Origin: Lingula anatina
Lineage: Eukaryota; Animalia; Brachiopoda
DNA: 64,000 bases
NCBI GenBank assembly: GCA_051362555.1
Contig: CM120640.1
Span: forward strand, 64,954,788-65,018,787
Reading direction: 5' to 3'
The translations under genes and the position numbers were made by a program. The notes beneath the pieces were generated by a model, which saw only the letters and a program-made list of their open reading frames with translations, did no database searches and was not told the origin of the DNA. Below, piece by piece: positions 12,048 through 26,200 of the stretch. How positions within the stretch are numbered: position 1 is the stretch's first letter; each line of letters starts with the position of its first letter.

Positions 12048-15000
12048 ATGTCGTTGCCACAGCCTATCGAGAAGCCTGAGGTGAAATTCACCCAGGTGAG
12101 TGGTTAAAATACCTTGAAGACAGTTGTAATTAGGAAGATCTAAAATATAATGTTTTATCTTTATTTTTAGTCCTGTGCAGTCTATGACAAATGTTTCATT
12201 TCGGTAGGTGCATGATGCAGGTTTGATTTGACTTCACGGCAGGAGGAATGTGATCATTAAACTAATCGCACACTTCTCATATCACATGGTTACATACGTT
12301 TATTACATGTACCTCTAACATGAGTCAGCACAATGAAAATGTCCTTAAAGATGAAATGATGATAGTTGAACCTGGCCACCCCGCCACTCAGCCCGGGTGG
12401 TGTTGTACAATGTATGAGCAATTTCAGAATTTGTGCTCCACATCAATGATAGAGTTATCTGTATACATCATTACTACGTACTGGCACGGTGTATCAGTAA
12501 TTCGGGTTCGTGATGCAAGCAAAGTTCTGTAAAATTTTGTCTAACTTGCAGATTTCATTAACTACCTGTGTTTCGTATTTCTGATGGTTATGAAATATTG
12601 CTATTAAAGGTATGAATGAAGCAAATCCAAGGATCATTGATGTGGAGCACAAATTCTGAAATTGCTCATACATTGTACAACACCATCCGGGCTGAGTGGC
12701 GGGGTGGCCAGGTTCAACTATCACCATTTCATCTTTAAGGACATTTTCATTGTGCTGACTCATGTTCAGTGTTTAATAAATAGCAATTCTGTATCAGTCT
12801 GGAAAGTTACGTTTGCACAAGCTTTGCACAGCCTTATAATTACCAGGAGGGTTGATTCAAGTTCGAACAGAAGGGTACTGCATGTCCCAGCTTGAACTTT
12901 ATGTGGGGGTCACACACCACCAAATACGCCCTCTGCACACGCCCCTTTTCACTATACTATAGGGCCTATCTCATACATGTAACATCACATTATTGATGCT
13001 CTGTATCATGCCACTGACATTGACTACTTGATATAATTTCCGGTTGAAAATCTAAATAAAATCTTGGTTTCTACATTTCATTTTTTAAAAACGCATTTTG
13101 CGTTCAAGGGACGATCTTGCTGGCTAACATAGCTAATAACTTCTTGAGAAGGGTATACGGTGTACATGAGCAGCTGCATCATGGACTTTGACTGACTGGC
13201 TGCAAGGCACGTTTGCCTGCTGATAACTGAACAATATTTCAGTTCAAAAAGGATTCCTTCAAGTAATGAAGTTAAAAAACTTGCCAATAAAGGCGATTAA
13301 AATTAAAGGCTATTTTTTCTGAGAAACCTAAACATCTTCCTTGCAGGATAAGACTTAAGGATAAGAAATTAAGCCTAGAAATCAATATTAAAAGGATTGT
13401 CTAAAATTCAGGGATAAGTGGCGGGCACGCCTGTTTTAACACTTAAGAAATTCAGTTGTATTGATTAAATAAAGGTATCCACTCATTGTAATGTTTTCAT
13501 GGCTTGCATTTGAGCAGATAATTTCAATTTAGAATTGAGACACGTTTAATTTTTGAACAACACATAACACACCATAAAATGAATATTTTGCACCTTGACA
13601 TCTTATTTTTCAACAAATTTTTAAATAAAAAGTTGACATTGGAATTACTCAAAATCAATATTTAAGTACAAATCAAGATCTGCACTATAGTACTCATGCA
13701 AATGTAATGCACTGTGTCAGCATGACTTGCGTTTTTATAAGATTAGGACGGAATTAATAAAGGATGATGTCACACTTGACGCATACTTTCTCCATTACAA
13801 ATATATCTGAGGTGTGTAACTCCACCCTCTCTGTCATCATAATCTTTTATCTAATATTAATTAAAAGGGTTATGCTTTCGTGAAACTGATACTACATGTA
13901 AGTTTAAATTGTCTTTCAGATTTTCATCAATAACGAATGGGTGAACTCTGTCAGTGGGAAAACTTTCCCTACCATCAATCCATCAACAGGGGAGAAAATA
14001 TGTGAGGTTCAAGAGGCAGACAAGGTAACCCCCTCTCCTCTCTCTGTCAATCAATCAATTAATCAATCAGTCAATCAATTTATCAATTTCTGACTGACCT
14101 GAAGCCGTGAACTGAACTTACGACACTGGACTTAATGATATCTGTAGATAAAGGATCAACTAGTACAAAGTAGAAAGAGCTGTGGCAAAACAACCTAGGG
14201 TCAGGGCCAATCCTTACTGGGGATTGGAGGGGGCACATTGGACCACCTCATTCTCCCCATCCCCCGAAAAGAAAATAAAAGAAAAACAAAAAAAAGATAA
14301 AGCAAGCAAATCTCGACATTTCTTTACACATCTCTGATATGACAATGAAATTGAAAGTGCTTGTATCTCATTGTTACCTCAGGCTGATGTTGATAAGGCG
14401 GTAAAAGCAGCACGAGAGGCCTTTAAACTGGGGTCACCATGGAGACGTTTGGATGCGTCCAAGAGAGGGGTACTCCTTAACAAACTGGCTGATCTTATAA
14501 TAAGGGACCTTGTGTACCTGGCCGTAAGTGTCCATAAAAATAATATCAATCAATGATGTTGTTTTTAATTTCATGAAATCATTAAGTAAAAAAAAGGATA
14601 CATCTACACTGTATCGTGAAAACTTGTTTCCATGTACATGTACTCCATTCCAAAGAAACCTTTGAAATCTCAAAGGTGATATTCAAACTGACTGAAATCT
14701 TATATCTTACTAATGAATTTTTGATAATATATTTAATACATATTTAATAATTCTACCGGTTATTCACCCCTTGCAGAGTCTTGAGGTGGTGGACAACGGC
14801 AAGCCGTTCAAGAATGCCCTGTTCGACATGTACTTTGGAGCGGCTACACTGCGTTACTACGCAGGTTGGGCAGACAAGAACGTTGGACAGACGATTCCAG
14901 TTGGTAAGTCTCAGTTTTTTTCCAAAATCGTCGCCAGATTTATGTCAAGACGTTTCGGCCTTGATTAAAATACTGCTGCTGCCTTTCATTTTGATAGGGA

Positions 15001-18000
15001 AGTGAGGTTATCAGTAAATGCCGTAAATATGTAGTGTTTTGTCATTTTGACTGTATTTTGTGTTGAAGTCATGCGCACTTTTTTACTGCAGACGGAGATT
15101 TGTTTGCCTATACTCGCCATGAGCCGGTTGGTGTATGTGGCCAGATCATACCTGTGAGTAGATGTTTACCATCATGGCAAAAATAACGATAATAACTGCT
15201 ACAGGTAGTTTTGGTTTCTGTCAGATTATCTTAATCTTCACGAGAAGAAATTGATTTTCAGGCACTCAAAATGTTTTACGGAGCATTTACGAAGACTCAT
15301 CTCAAAATACGTTTATGTTGAAGCAAATAACATATTTTGGTCAAAATTTTCTACCTTGTTTCTTGTTGTTTTGCGTTTTGTAGTGGAATTTCCCCATTCC
15401 TATGGTCTGCTGGAAGATCGCCCCTGCCCTGGCATGTGGAAATGTGTGCATTTTAAAGCCGGCCGAACAAACTCCGCTGACGGGCCTGTACGTGTGCTCT
15501 CTGATCAAGGAGGTGGGTGGCCTTGCATACTTACATACGCCAAGGATTATGTTGGAATCCTAGTAAAGGAGTAGGGCCTTTAAAATACTGGGTCAAAGCA
15601 AAAGGGACTTGTGCTTAGCGTTAAGGTTTCTACGTGCACAATGTAGCTCATCCAAATTTTGATGAAGGTAATCAAGTCAAGAAAACCATTATCTTAACCT
15701 ATTTTTTATTAAAATGTTAATTAGTTTTTAAATATAACTCATTCCATATTCAGCAATTATACTTAAATATTTACCTGTAATATGATTTCACAGTGTTGGG
15801 TATGATTTCAGGCCGGTTTCCCCCCTGGCGTCGTGAACATGGTTCCTGGGTACGGCCCAACTGCCGGCGCGGCACTATCCGAACACATGGACGTGGACAA
15901 GGTGGCTTTCACCGGGTCAACAGAGGTAACAAACGGCACTTGTTATAAACTGGTTCTAGAGATTTAAGCAATAAATATACTGTTCCTGTAATAAATATAA
16001 AAATAAATTGATCGTCGCATCCAAGACTAAATCGGCACCGATCATGCCACTAACAAGGCTGTGTTTTCATATTGATGTGTTCCTCTGTTCGTCAGGTGGG
16101 CCAGTTGATCATGGCGGCAGCTGCCAAGACCAACCTGAAGGGGGTCACTCTGGAACTGGGAGGCAAGAGCCCCAGCGTGGTGTTCGCCGATGCTGACTGT
16201 AAGCATATAACAATGAAAACGTGTTTTAAAAAACGAATGATCCCATTAAAGTATTTCGCATTTAATAAAGGTTCTGGTTGATCTAAACATGAGCATGTTC
16301 TTTTAAGAGACATTACCATTTGCTAACGTCAGAAGTAATGTGATTGTGTTCTCTTCTGTTCTGTAGTGGATCTGGCTGTGGAGAAGAACCACATTGGTCT
16401 GTTCACTAACATGGGTCAGGTGTGCTGTGCGGGGTCAAGGACATTCGTGCAAGAAGAAATCTACGACGAGTTTGTTAAGAAAGCAACAGAACGCGCCATG
16501 AAAAGAACGGTCGGCAATCCAATGGATTTCAACACTGAGTCTGGTCCGCAGGTAGTGCCACTGGTGTTTATCAAGATCCGAATTATGTGTGCATTTTATT
16601 GCAAAGCCAACTCTTTCAATTTCTTAAAAGTTACAAAAGGCACTTGTACAAACAAATAAATAGGCTACATTAAGATATGGCAAACAAACTTGTTCAACTT
16701 ATAGTAGGCCTATACTAGCTACTTTTGATTAAAAAAATTGAGTCTCATACTAGACGCTAACTCCGTCTACATCTCATAGACCTTTATAAGGATCTGAATG
16801 ATTAATGAACTGGATGCTTTTTTATTTATTGAATCTATACGGTTTCTATTTCTGACAGATAGACGAAGAGCAGTTTAAGAAAATTTTGGAACTCATCGAC
16901 AGTGGGGTTAAGGAAGGCGCCAAGCTGCAGTGTGGGGGCAAGAGAAAGGGGGATAAGGGATATTTTATTGAATCAACCGTCTTTTCCGATGTCACCGATA
17001 ACATGAGGATTGCCAAAGAAGAGGTGATTATTAGTAAATGGGAATATTTATGATATTTGGATTTTTGGTATTTGTTCAGGGCTATTTGTAATTTGATATT
17101 CAATATTGAATATTTGATATTTAATTTCTATCTGCTTTTTAACGTTCCTTATTTATAGCACAGAATCCGAAAGAAAAACAATTGAACGTTGTTTCAGATC
17201 TTCGGTCCAGTCCAACAAATTATAAAGTTCAAAGATATGGAGGAGGTGATTGAGAGGGCAAACGACACCAAATACGGCCTGGCTGCCGCGGTATTTTCGA
17301 GAGACTTGGACAAAGTATTGAAATTCTCTAACAGCGTCAAGGCAGGGACTGTTTGGTATGTTTCATTTTTTAATTATGTTCCATTGGATATGTAATGAAC
17401 GCATAAAAAATTGAAATGAATATGATCAGAAAAATTCATTCTGCATATTTTTCAAGGAATGTTTATTATTCTAGGGTGAATACATATAATGACTTTAGTC
17501 CTGGGGCCCCGTTTGGTGGATACAAGATGTCTGGCGTTGGCAGGGAACTGTAAGTAAAACTCTATCTCAAAGAAAGCTGACATAATTTCCCTCTTAAGCA
17601 CAAAGAGTTATTTCAGTTTGAACTACACCCTTTGATATTCATCACGAATCCATCTTTCTACATTACGATGAAATTAAGATCATGGTTAATTTGATGTTAG
17701 TTGTCTTTAAATGGTGATTGGATACAAAACCAGACGGTTAAAATCATTTGGATGACTATGTTTTTTATATTAACTATTTCATTTTTTATTTCACATTTTA
17801 GGGGATCATATGGCTTGAAGCAATATACGGAAGTGAAATCGGTAAGATGTTTTAAATGAGCTTAAAAGTGGCTCCGGTCATAATCTTGAGAATTTAACTT
17901 ACCGTAAATATTTCAAGGTGTAAGCTATTTCTTTAATTCAAAATTTTTAAAATTTTTGCTATATAAGATTTTTTTGTTCTACATTAGGTTACCTTTTTGT

Positions 18001-18230
18001 TAAACACCCGTTTGCAATAGAAAGCACAATGAAAACAATGATTATTCCAAATTTAACCTTAAAATCTTTTTATGATAAGTTGGGCGGTATATATCTAACT
18101 GTAAACTGTATGTTTCTATTAGGTTTAACGCAAGGAATTAAAAAACTCAGATTGCATGGAACTTTTAGATTTTTATAATGACTTATGTATCTTCCAGGTG
18201 CTTATCAACTGTCCTGAGAGGAACAGCTAA
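12048..18230 (+). CDS. ALDH1A: Aldehyde dehydrogenase 1A-like (cytosolic ALDH1/2 family), paralog A, 494 aa, 14 exons
   Basis: Exons 12048-12095, 13920-14024, 14383-14523, 14777-14903, 15092-15153, 15384-15512, 15812-15925, 16096-16198, 16367-16551, 16859-17023, 17198-17355, 17475-17549, 17802-17841, 18198-18230 (1485 nt, all GT-AG, open frame). Motifs [17 protein letters not shown] (catalytic Glu), GQVCCAGSR (catalytic Cys), [16 protein letters not shown]. No mitochondrial presequence. Confidence 0.95.
12317..12766. mobile_element. Foldback/MITE-like element with 134-bp inverted arms
   Basis: 12317-12450 is the reverse complement of 12633-12766 with two mismatches seen; this explains the mirror ORFs [12 protein letters not shown] on both strands. 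A truncated left arm is also present at about 6195-6310. Confidence 0.85.
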
Positions 18231-19795
18231 AGAATCAAAGTAGAAGTTGGCTTCAATACAGGCATTTTCTTAATGGTGCTTTGCAACTAGACACTTTGAA
18301 ATAATTTTTTTCATAGAACTGCTGTTCTTAAAAAATTACAGTGATCTATCAGATAAAACTTTTGTTAAATTGTCAGTGGTGCTGTTTTGTGAATCAGTGT
18401 GGAGAAGTGAGAACATTTTGCATACACTGTAAAAACGAAAAATTAAACGACGCTTTAAAAATTCACCAACAAAACGAAATATTAATTTTACTTGTGTCGC
18501 TTATTTACACGTATTAAGGCCTGGTCATTGAATAGGATCGAGTGCAATTTGACATGTGATCTTAAACTATAGATAAAGTGATTATGCGGACGACACATCT
18601 ATATGTATTGTCGAGAACAGATGGCAAAATAAGCATGCTTCTAAATATAGCTTGTTTTTGTGCGTTAACTAATAAAGGCGTGTTATCTGTTACTTGCCTA
18701 TCTTAATTTGACATATGTGTGTGTTAATACCATCTTTTTAAGTTGCCATAGGGGGAGGCGAAGCTAGTTCGACCCCTTTTTATAAATATTGATATAGCAG
18801 GAATACTATTACATTCAGGCTTCTAGATTTTTCAGAAGGAAGTCTATTTATATATACCTTATATATACCTTATACATATCAGAAGTCCAATGTATTTTTT
18901 TCAGGGTAAATTCAGTTTTAAATTATCTAGTTCAAGTGTTCGAACTTGCCCCACCCCACTCAAAGAAATTCTATCAACCTGCATGTTATTTGCGTATCTT
19001 TATATATAATAATAAACTCTGATAACGAGATCTATCATTTTACATATTTATAACATTTTTATAACATCTCTGGTTGCAAAGTTATGCTATAAAATAGATG
19101 CACAGTTGGTCTTCACAACAGATTTAAGTTTTTGACAGTGTTAAGGTAAGATTGAGTTTTTTTTTTTTTTTTTTTCATTTACGCACAAATATTCATCTCT
19201 CAACAGCAAAATGACAGATAAACATCCTAAATGTCGTATGGTGTAAATGTAAATGTAGACAGGAGTAAAATCACAAAATAGTTTATTACATCGAAATGAA
19301 CAATAAGCTGAATAATTTTGGTGCTTAGATTAAAATATCTGACACGACCCATGCCATATAGACAGCAACTTCAATGGATTTTTTTTTGAGAAAAGTAAAC
19401 ATTTTTCACTAATTATGTTGACCCAACATGGGTAACATAGATCCAATTTAGATTCAGAGAAAACATTTTAGACCAAAAGGACGGTTCCTGAGAGCTTACC
19501 ATACCCCCTTCCGACGAGCCTGTGTCCTCTTATCATTTTGTGCTGCCATTTCAAACAAGACAGTCAATAGTTGCTGACATATTAAAACGTCACAAGTCTT
19601 TAGTACCTCTGGTGTAAGTTGCACGAATTTTACAAAAATAGATAAGTATATATTTGCAAAGCGTTCAACTGCATTTACACAACAAAACGTTTAATATGAT
19701 AAAGCAAACAATGAAGGGCAAAAAAGACACGTAATGGAGGGTTTTAGGTTTGAGTCGCTGCTGTGATCGCTGCCTTCATAACACCCTCCATTCTG

Positions 19796-20035
19796 AGCGC
19801 ATTCAGAGCAGACTTAATATGGCCGACCCCACTTAAAAACATGCCACCTTATCCCTGATGGTCTCCCTGCCTCCCTACACGTCCTTAAACAGATTAACTC
19901 TCGGCTCCAAGGTTTAATTGTTAGCCGGGGGAGGCGGGGGGAACACAAGGGGATTAGTCGGTATAGACTAGTATAGGATTTGAGTGGGTCGTCCATATTA
20001 AGTCAGTCTGCTGATCAACTAGTTCTGAATGCGCT
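19796..20035. mobile_element. MITE with imperfect TIRs, upstream of ALDH-B
   Basis: AGCGCATTCAGA...GACTTAATATGGCCGACCCCA pairs with TGGGTCGTCCATATTAAGTC...TCTGAATGCGCT; same family as 33671-33946. Confidence 0.7.
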
Positions 20036-20206
20036 TACTGATTAAACAGTGCTTCATTTTAACAGTGGCGTAATCTAGAGTAGAGTAATCTCGCGTACAT
20101 ACTGTATATCACGTGATTTACAAGTACTTGATAACGGAGTCGATTTGTCACAAAGGTCGCCGCCGGCCAACCCAGCACTATCGCTGCAAACTTCGAAGCG
20201 ACAAAC

Positions 20207-23200
20207 ATGTCCCTCCCGTCTCCAATTGAAAACCCAGAGGTTAAATTCACCCAGGTAAGCAGTTAACTTGGAGTATTTAGTGACGGAGCTATCAAAATGA
20301 TGGAAGTCAATTACTGATTTGGTCCATTTTGTTCATCAAGCTGTTAAATTGTCTGAGTCATTATTGTCTCTGAGTGAAGGACTATACACACTGGTATTTG
20401 ATTTTGTTGCGAAAACAAGGTGAAATTAGCCTTCTATAAGATCTATTTCACATCTTGCGATATGAACACAATACACCTAATTGTATCAGTATGATGTGAT
20501 ACACAATATACCTACACTGCAGCAACATGACAACGTTTTGAGAGATTGTCAACGTGACAACCTGAATGTTACGTAAGAAACCACCGCGCCCAAGATGGCC
20601 AATTAACAGAATTGTTTCTAATTGGCCCATACTAGGACCCACTACAGGTATGATGTTCAAAGTGCTCAAAGTAGTCTACCTGTGCTGGGCTGACAGTCGG
20701 TTGCCACACACTCTCGTATCTGACCATGCCCACATTCAGCGCTTGGCTGAACGCTAGGCAGTACGTGCATACAGTATGATCCAAAACAATCTATCACCGA
20801 TTTAGTATTTATGTAGCCAAATGTTCACAAGCAGTATGCCACCTTGTTCGTGTTAAAATCTCTTGTCTGTTTATAGGCAGCAATCTGTTACTCTGTTAGC
20901 AGAGAGAAAAGATGATCTTCTATAAATGACTCTCTATACTGTCACAGTGTGAGTTAACAAAGATGTGCACAGATGTTGGGAAACATTAAAGACTACGAAA
21001 AACTATACAGAAACTTAAGTTTTTGCTGATTGAATCTGGGTCACCCTGTATTTGGAACAACAGTGATAAGTTCTTGCAAGTCATTCTACATGTACGCTTT
21101 TATTCAAACGCATCAATTTTTGAACAGTACTGGTTTGTTTTGTTTTCATATATTTTATCTTTACACTTTGCAGTCATTCGAAAGGCCTTAGCGTTGATAA
21201 AACGTTTTTGGCTGCTTGCACTTTCTCAGACGTGGAGCATTTAATATATTCTAACTTTTAAATCTGTTTTCCATCAAATTACACAATCACCCCTCCATAC
21301 CACCGTATCTATGTACAGTGTAGGTAAGGTCAGGTTAACCCGCGCTGCAGTTGACGCACTGGTGGACCCAGAATTAGTGGGGCCGGGGGGGGGGGGGGGG
21401 GGCAGGATTACAGACTTTTTGGGCGCATTCCCATAGATTTTAGATCGATCTATCCCCGTGGGGAGTCTCACTAAATTACTGTCAGATAATCCCGCTTTAA
21501 TGTCCGTCCCGCCTACTACAAGCTGTAAGGGGTTAATTAACTTTCGTGCCCGCTCGGCTAACAGCTATTAAGCGTGAACCCCCAGGGAGTTAGGTCGATC
21601 TAGTTGGATCGATCTAATCTCTGGGAATGGGGTCTTTGCCTCTCGAAAATAACAGACGAGGACAATTTTACTATAACATATAGGATGCAGGATTGGAAAA
21701 TTTCTTGGTCATGTCTCAAATCGTCCGTTGTACTGTTTATTTTTGAGGGAGAAGAAGAAGAGTAGGTCACACTTGAAAATTAGGGAGGGGCAAGCTTTGC
21801 CTGCTGCTGGATCTATCATTGTGTTGACAGGTTCATGGCATTGGGTTGTGTGCTTGGGATAAGCTACATGTAGCTTGACTAAACTATACACAGTTTCAAA
21901 ACCAAAAATCACAGGAGGAACGCAGACTTCATATCGTATGTATATGCTGTGTATAAAGTGAAGAGACAAAAGTGATAGTAGTTTTAAATTAATTAACGTA
22001 GTTTCATGTGTTTGCATATATACATGATACATTTTATTTACTTGGAAGCCGCTCTCACAATTTCTACTTTTCAATTTTTTATGTCGTCAGATATTCATCA
22101 ATAATGAATGGGTAAATTCTGCCAGCGGGAAGACTTTCCCCACCATCAACCCATCGACAGGTGAGAAGATATGTGATGTCCAGGAGGGAGACAAGGTAAA
22201 CCATTTCCCCCGCTCTCTCTCTCTCAAACACACTCGCGCTCGCTCGCGCACGCATTCACGTACGCACACCACCACCACTTCCACAAACAACAACAACAAA
22301 TATCCAATGCCAACTTTTGGCCTATTGGTCCTTTGTATGGACTTTGAAATGACACTGTACAAATCATTTTTAAATACACCGACACCGTGCATAAAGCTGT
22401 CTTACACATGTCGATCGTTGAAAAGTATTGTAAATATTGTTCCCTCAGGCTGATGTTGACAAGGCGGTAAAGGCAGCAAGAGAAGCCTTTAAACTGGGGT
22501 CACCATGGAGACGTTTAGATGCGTCCAAGAGAGGGGTACTTCTGAACAAACTGGCTGACCTGGTAATGAGGGACATGGTGTACATAGCGGTGAGTGACAG
22601 CGGTTGATTTTAATCATGAATTTGTTTACGTCAATGCGTGCGTATTATATATCGAGTGCGTGGTCTCAAGTGTGTGCGTGCCTTTGGTTTCATACTTGTT
22701 CCGTGTGCGCATGTGTGAGTGTGTGTGGTTGTGCGTCTTTGTCAAGCTTTGTCAACAATTTGGCATTCATGTATATCACTATATTTAAATAATTGTGCAA
22801 TGTTTTATACTACTGTTGACGACAAATTTGAGAATCTGCACTGTCAAGCTGCACATGTAACTCCAACAGGGGCAAACCATGGTAATTTCTTTCAACATAT
22901 TACATCTTTATAAACTCAACTTTAAGAGTCTGGAGGTGATGGACAACGGCAAACCGTTCACATACGCCATCGGCGACATGTACTTCACCGAGTCAATACT
23001 CCGGTACCTCGCAGGATGGGCAGATAAGAACGTTGGACAGACTATTCCCGTTGGTAAGTATCGTCACACTTTAAAAGCAAATTTTTTGTCGTTATGTTGT
23101 ATTTTCAAAGTTATGACATCTATGACAAAATTTGAAGCCCTGCAACTTCATGTTCGTTTTTGCGTATTACATACATTTGTACAAATTACGAGCGCTCAAT

Positions 23201-26200
23201 AAAGTTCTGCATACATAAAGCTATGTACATGTATTTAAACTTAAGTATATTATAATTAGTAGTGTAGAGAGCCTATAAATGTACACTCATTTCATGTGCT
23301 CAATAAATTATTATTATAAATGTTATTGCCAAATGTCATTGTTGCTGATAACCACACTGTATTTCCAGATGGTGACCTGTTTGCCTACACTCGCCACGAA
23401 CCTATCGGAGTTTGCGGTGGAATCATTCCAGTAAGTAGGCAGGTTTAAGAAAATTAAAATTATGGATCATACGCACATTTTTCGAAAGTTGACTCGAATT
23501 TAATTTTCCTTGATAAAACAAATGAATAGATAAGCACAACTGTGAAAATTTTGTTTTCATTTTAGTGGAACTTCCCTCTCCCATGCTTGGCCATGAAGTT
23601 AGCCCCGGCTGTGGCGTGTGGGAACGTGTGTGTTATAAAGCTTGCGGAACAGACACCGCTAACCGGGCTCTACCTGTGCTCCCTGATAAAGGAGGTACGA
23701 CTGCTGCAAGGGCCTTTTTTCCGAATGCAGCTTTACACTGCTATCATTTTCCTGATTATTCTACACGTAGATACCATGAGGTTTAAATAGTTCATATTTT
23801 AACAGTCGAACTTATTTTATCGTTAAGTAATATTTGGGCATCAAAAATTAAATAGTTCTTCAAACAAAAGTATCAAATGTTGAGACAGTAGGCTCTATAT
23901 TATTTATTATTTTTCTTTCTAGGCCGGTTTCCCTCCTGGAGTCGTGAACATCATTCCTGGGTACGGCCCAACTGCTGGCGCTGCTATATCGGAGCACATG
24001 GACGTGGACAAAGTGGCCTTCACTGGGTCAACTCAGGTACAAGACACGCCACAGGGTGTTCAAGATCACATACACTACTTTCTTTAATAGTCAGTTCATT
24101 AAATCACAGCCCGTGGGTTGAAGTGATACATTTGATAAAGAACACAATAATAATATATTTTTAAGGGATAACCACTCTTCGTATGAGATTCATATTTCAT
24201 AATAAATGCATTAAAAACACTTATATGTAAAACAATAAATTCTATTTTACCACCAAAACGACGGTTATCGCAATTTTTCTGGAGTCTGTGTAGTCATCGG
24301 ACCACGTGACCTCTATAGATGGCTAGCTACTTAAGAGATTATTAAATACAAACAAACTTTAAAAAAAACATGGACTAACTGTGAATGTTGGAAGGGATTC
24401 ATTTACCATTGGTAAGTATGGGAAATTGTCGTTTACCCCAAGAAAATCCCATTTTAGGGCAAAATGAACATTTGTCATACCTTTAAAATAAAGCATGGAA
24501 TGTAAAACAGCCACTGCTGAACAATATATTGGACATGTAAAGATCCATTAGGGATAAAAGTGCAACTGGTGCCAGGTTTTAAATTTTGGCTAGGTGACCC
24601 TATAAAGTCTGTTGGAGTGTTCATTTGAAATTTGGTTCAATTTTTTCAGTCTCATTATTAAAACAAAAGAAAGCATTAATTGCTAAGGTATCCTCTGCGT
24701 TTTACCAAAGTCGCCAGACTGGAAGCATTCATAATGAAAATTGTGCATTGCTGTTATAGTCACTGGAGGTGATATCTAACGTTGTGGACACACCTGTCTT
24801 TCAGGTTGGCCAGTTGATTATGGAGGCAGCTGCTAAGTCCAACCTGAAGGGTGTTACTCTGGAACTGGGAGGCAAGAGCCCTTGTGTTGTGTTTCCTGAT
24901 GCTGATTGTGAGTAAATCACACAACGGTGAAGTAAATTATTCAAAAAGTCACATATTCTAGATTGCACAGGGCAGCATACATGAAGGTCCTTCTACACAA
25001 GGATACCGTATACGATCTTTAAAACCAATGTAAAAATTATTTGCAGGCATGTAAGCTTGTTGTGAAGTGTTTGAAGATTTATTTTAAAAATGAAGTTGTA
25101 AGCAGCTTTGACAGATAAACAACCAACTGCAAGAAGTAACCCACAGATATGGAACGTGCGGAGTTAGGAAACATACCCGAATGATCGGAGAGTGAACCGT
25201 TTTCCCTGACGGTACTCAGTGTACAAAAATTGTGTAAGGAAATATTATTTATACAGGTGTAGCATAAACAGTACACTTATGTTTATTAATGATAAATGTT
25301 CCCCATTCTGTCACAGTGGACATGGCCATCCAGCGAAGCCACGATGGACTGTTCTTCAACTCGGGACAGGTGTGTGTCGCCGGCTCCAGGACATTTGTAC
25401 ACGAGGATATCTACGATGAGTTCGTGAAACGATCCACTGAGCTCGCCATTAAGAGAAATGTCGGAAACCCCTTTGAGAAAACCACTCAGTCCGGACCACA
25501 AGTATGCAGTGTTGTTGAATATTATTCCTTCTCCTCTCGATTTCATCAATTCTTATGTTTTGTTAGTTTTTATTCATTCTAGTGAGTGATAAACCATCCT
25601 TTAAATACGTAGACTAATTCATTAAATACGTAGTCTGATTCTTCAAATACATGTAAGTAGTCTAACTACACAGAATGCAAAGTTGTCACCGCCAGTTTTC
25701 TTCTCTGTGGCACTAAAAAATTTCGCTTGTTCCTCATTCACAGATTGATGAGGAGCAGTTCAACAAGATCTTGGAGCTGATCCAGAGTGGGATCGCTCAA
25801 GGCGCCAAGCTGCAGTGTGGAGGGAAACGCCTTGGGGACAAGGGATACTTCGTGCAGTCCACCGTCTTCTCTGACGTCACGGATAACATGCGCATTGCTA
25901 AGGAGGAGGTGATTTTTTCTTTACATAAGAAATTTTTAGTTCAGTCTTTACCTTTAAAATATATATTTAAAGTTATTCAGTCATTTTCTCTGATATGTGT
26001 AACTCGATTTCTCTTTACTGAACACTGAAACCTTCACAATTACAAGATGTTTACCGATATGTCCAAATGCAGTAGATATGATTTTGAAAAGTTGAGAAAA
26101 ATGCTATTTTAGATCTTCGGTCCAGTTCAGCAAATTATAAAGTTCAAGGACATGGAGGAGGTGATTGAGAGGGCAAACGACACCAAATACGGCCTGGCTG

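Larger units (their letters stand above)
6316..12432. repeat. Tandem segmental duplication, unit 2
   Basis: Near-identical to 194-6310; continues into the unique ALDH-A intron 1 after ...TTCAGAATTT at 12432. Confidence 0.97.

Noticed and set aside
12320-12763. Mirror-image ORFs [12 protein letters not shown]... on both strands
   Set aside because: Artefact of the 134-bp inverted repeat; no protein motif.
15781-15811. Duplicated acceptor-like TATGATTTCA(C)AG before ALDH-A exon 7
   Set aside because: The upstream AG would add 18 nt containing an in-frame TGA; no evidence of use.
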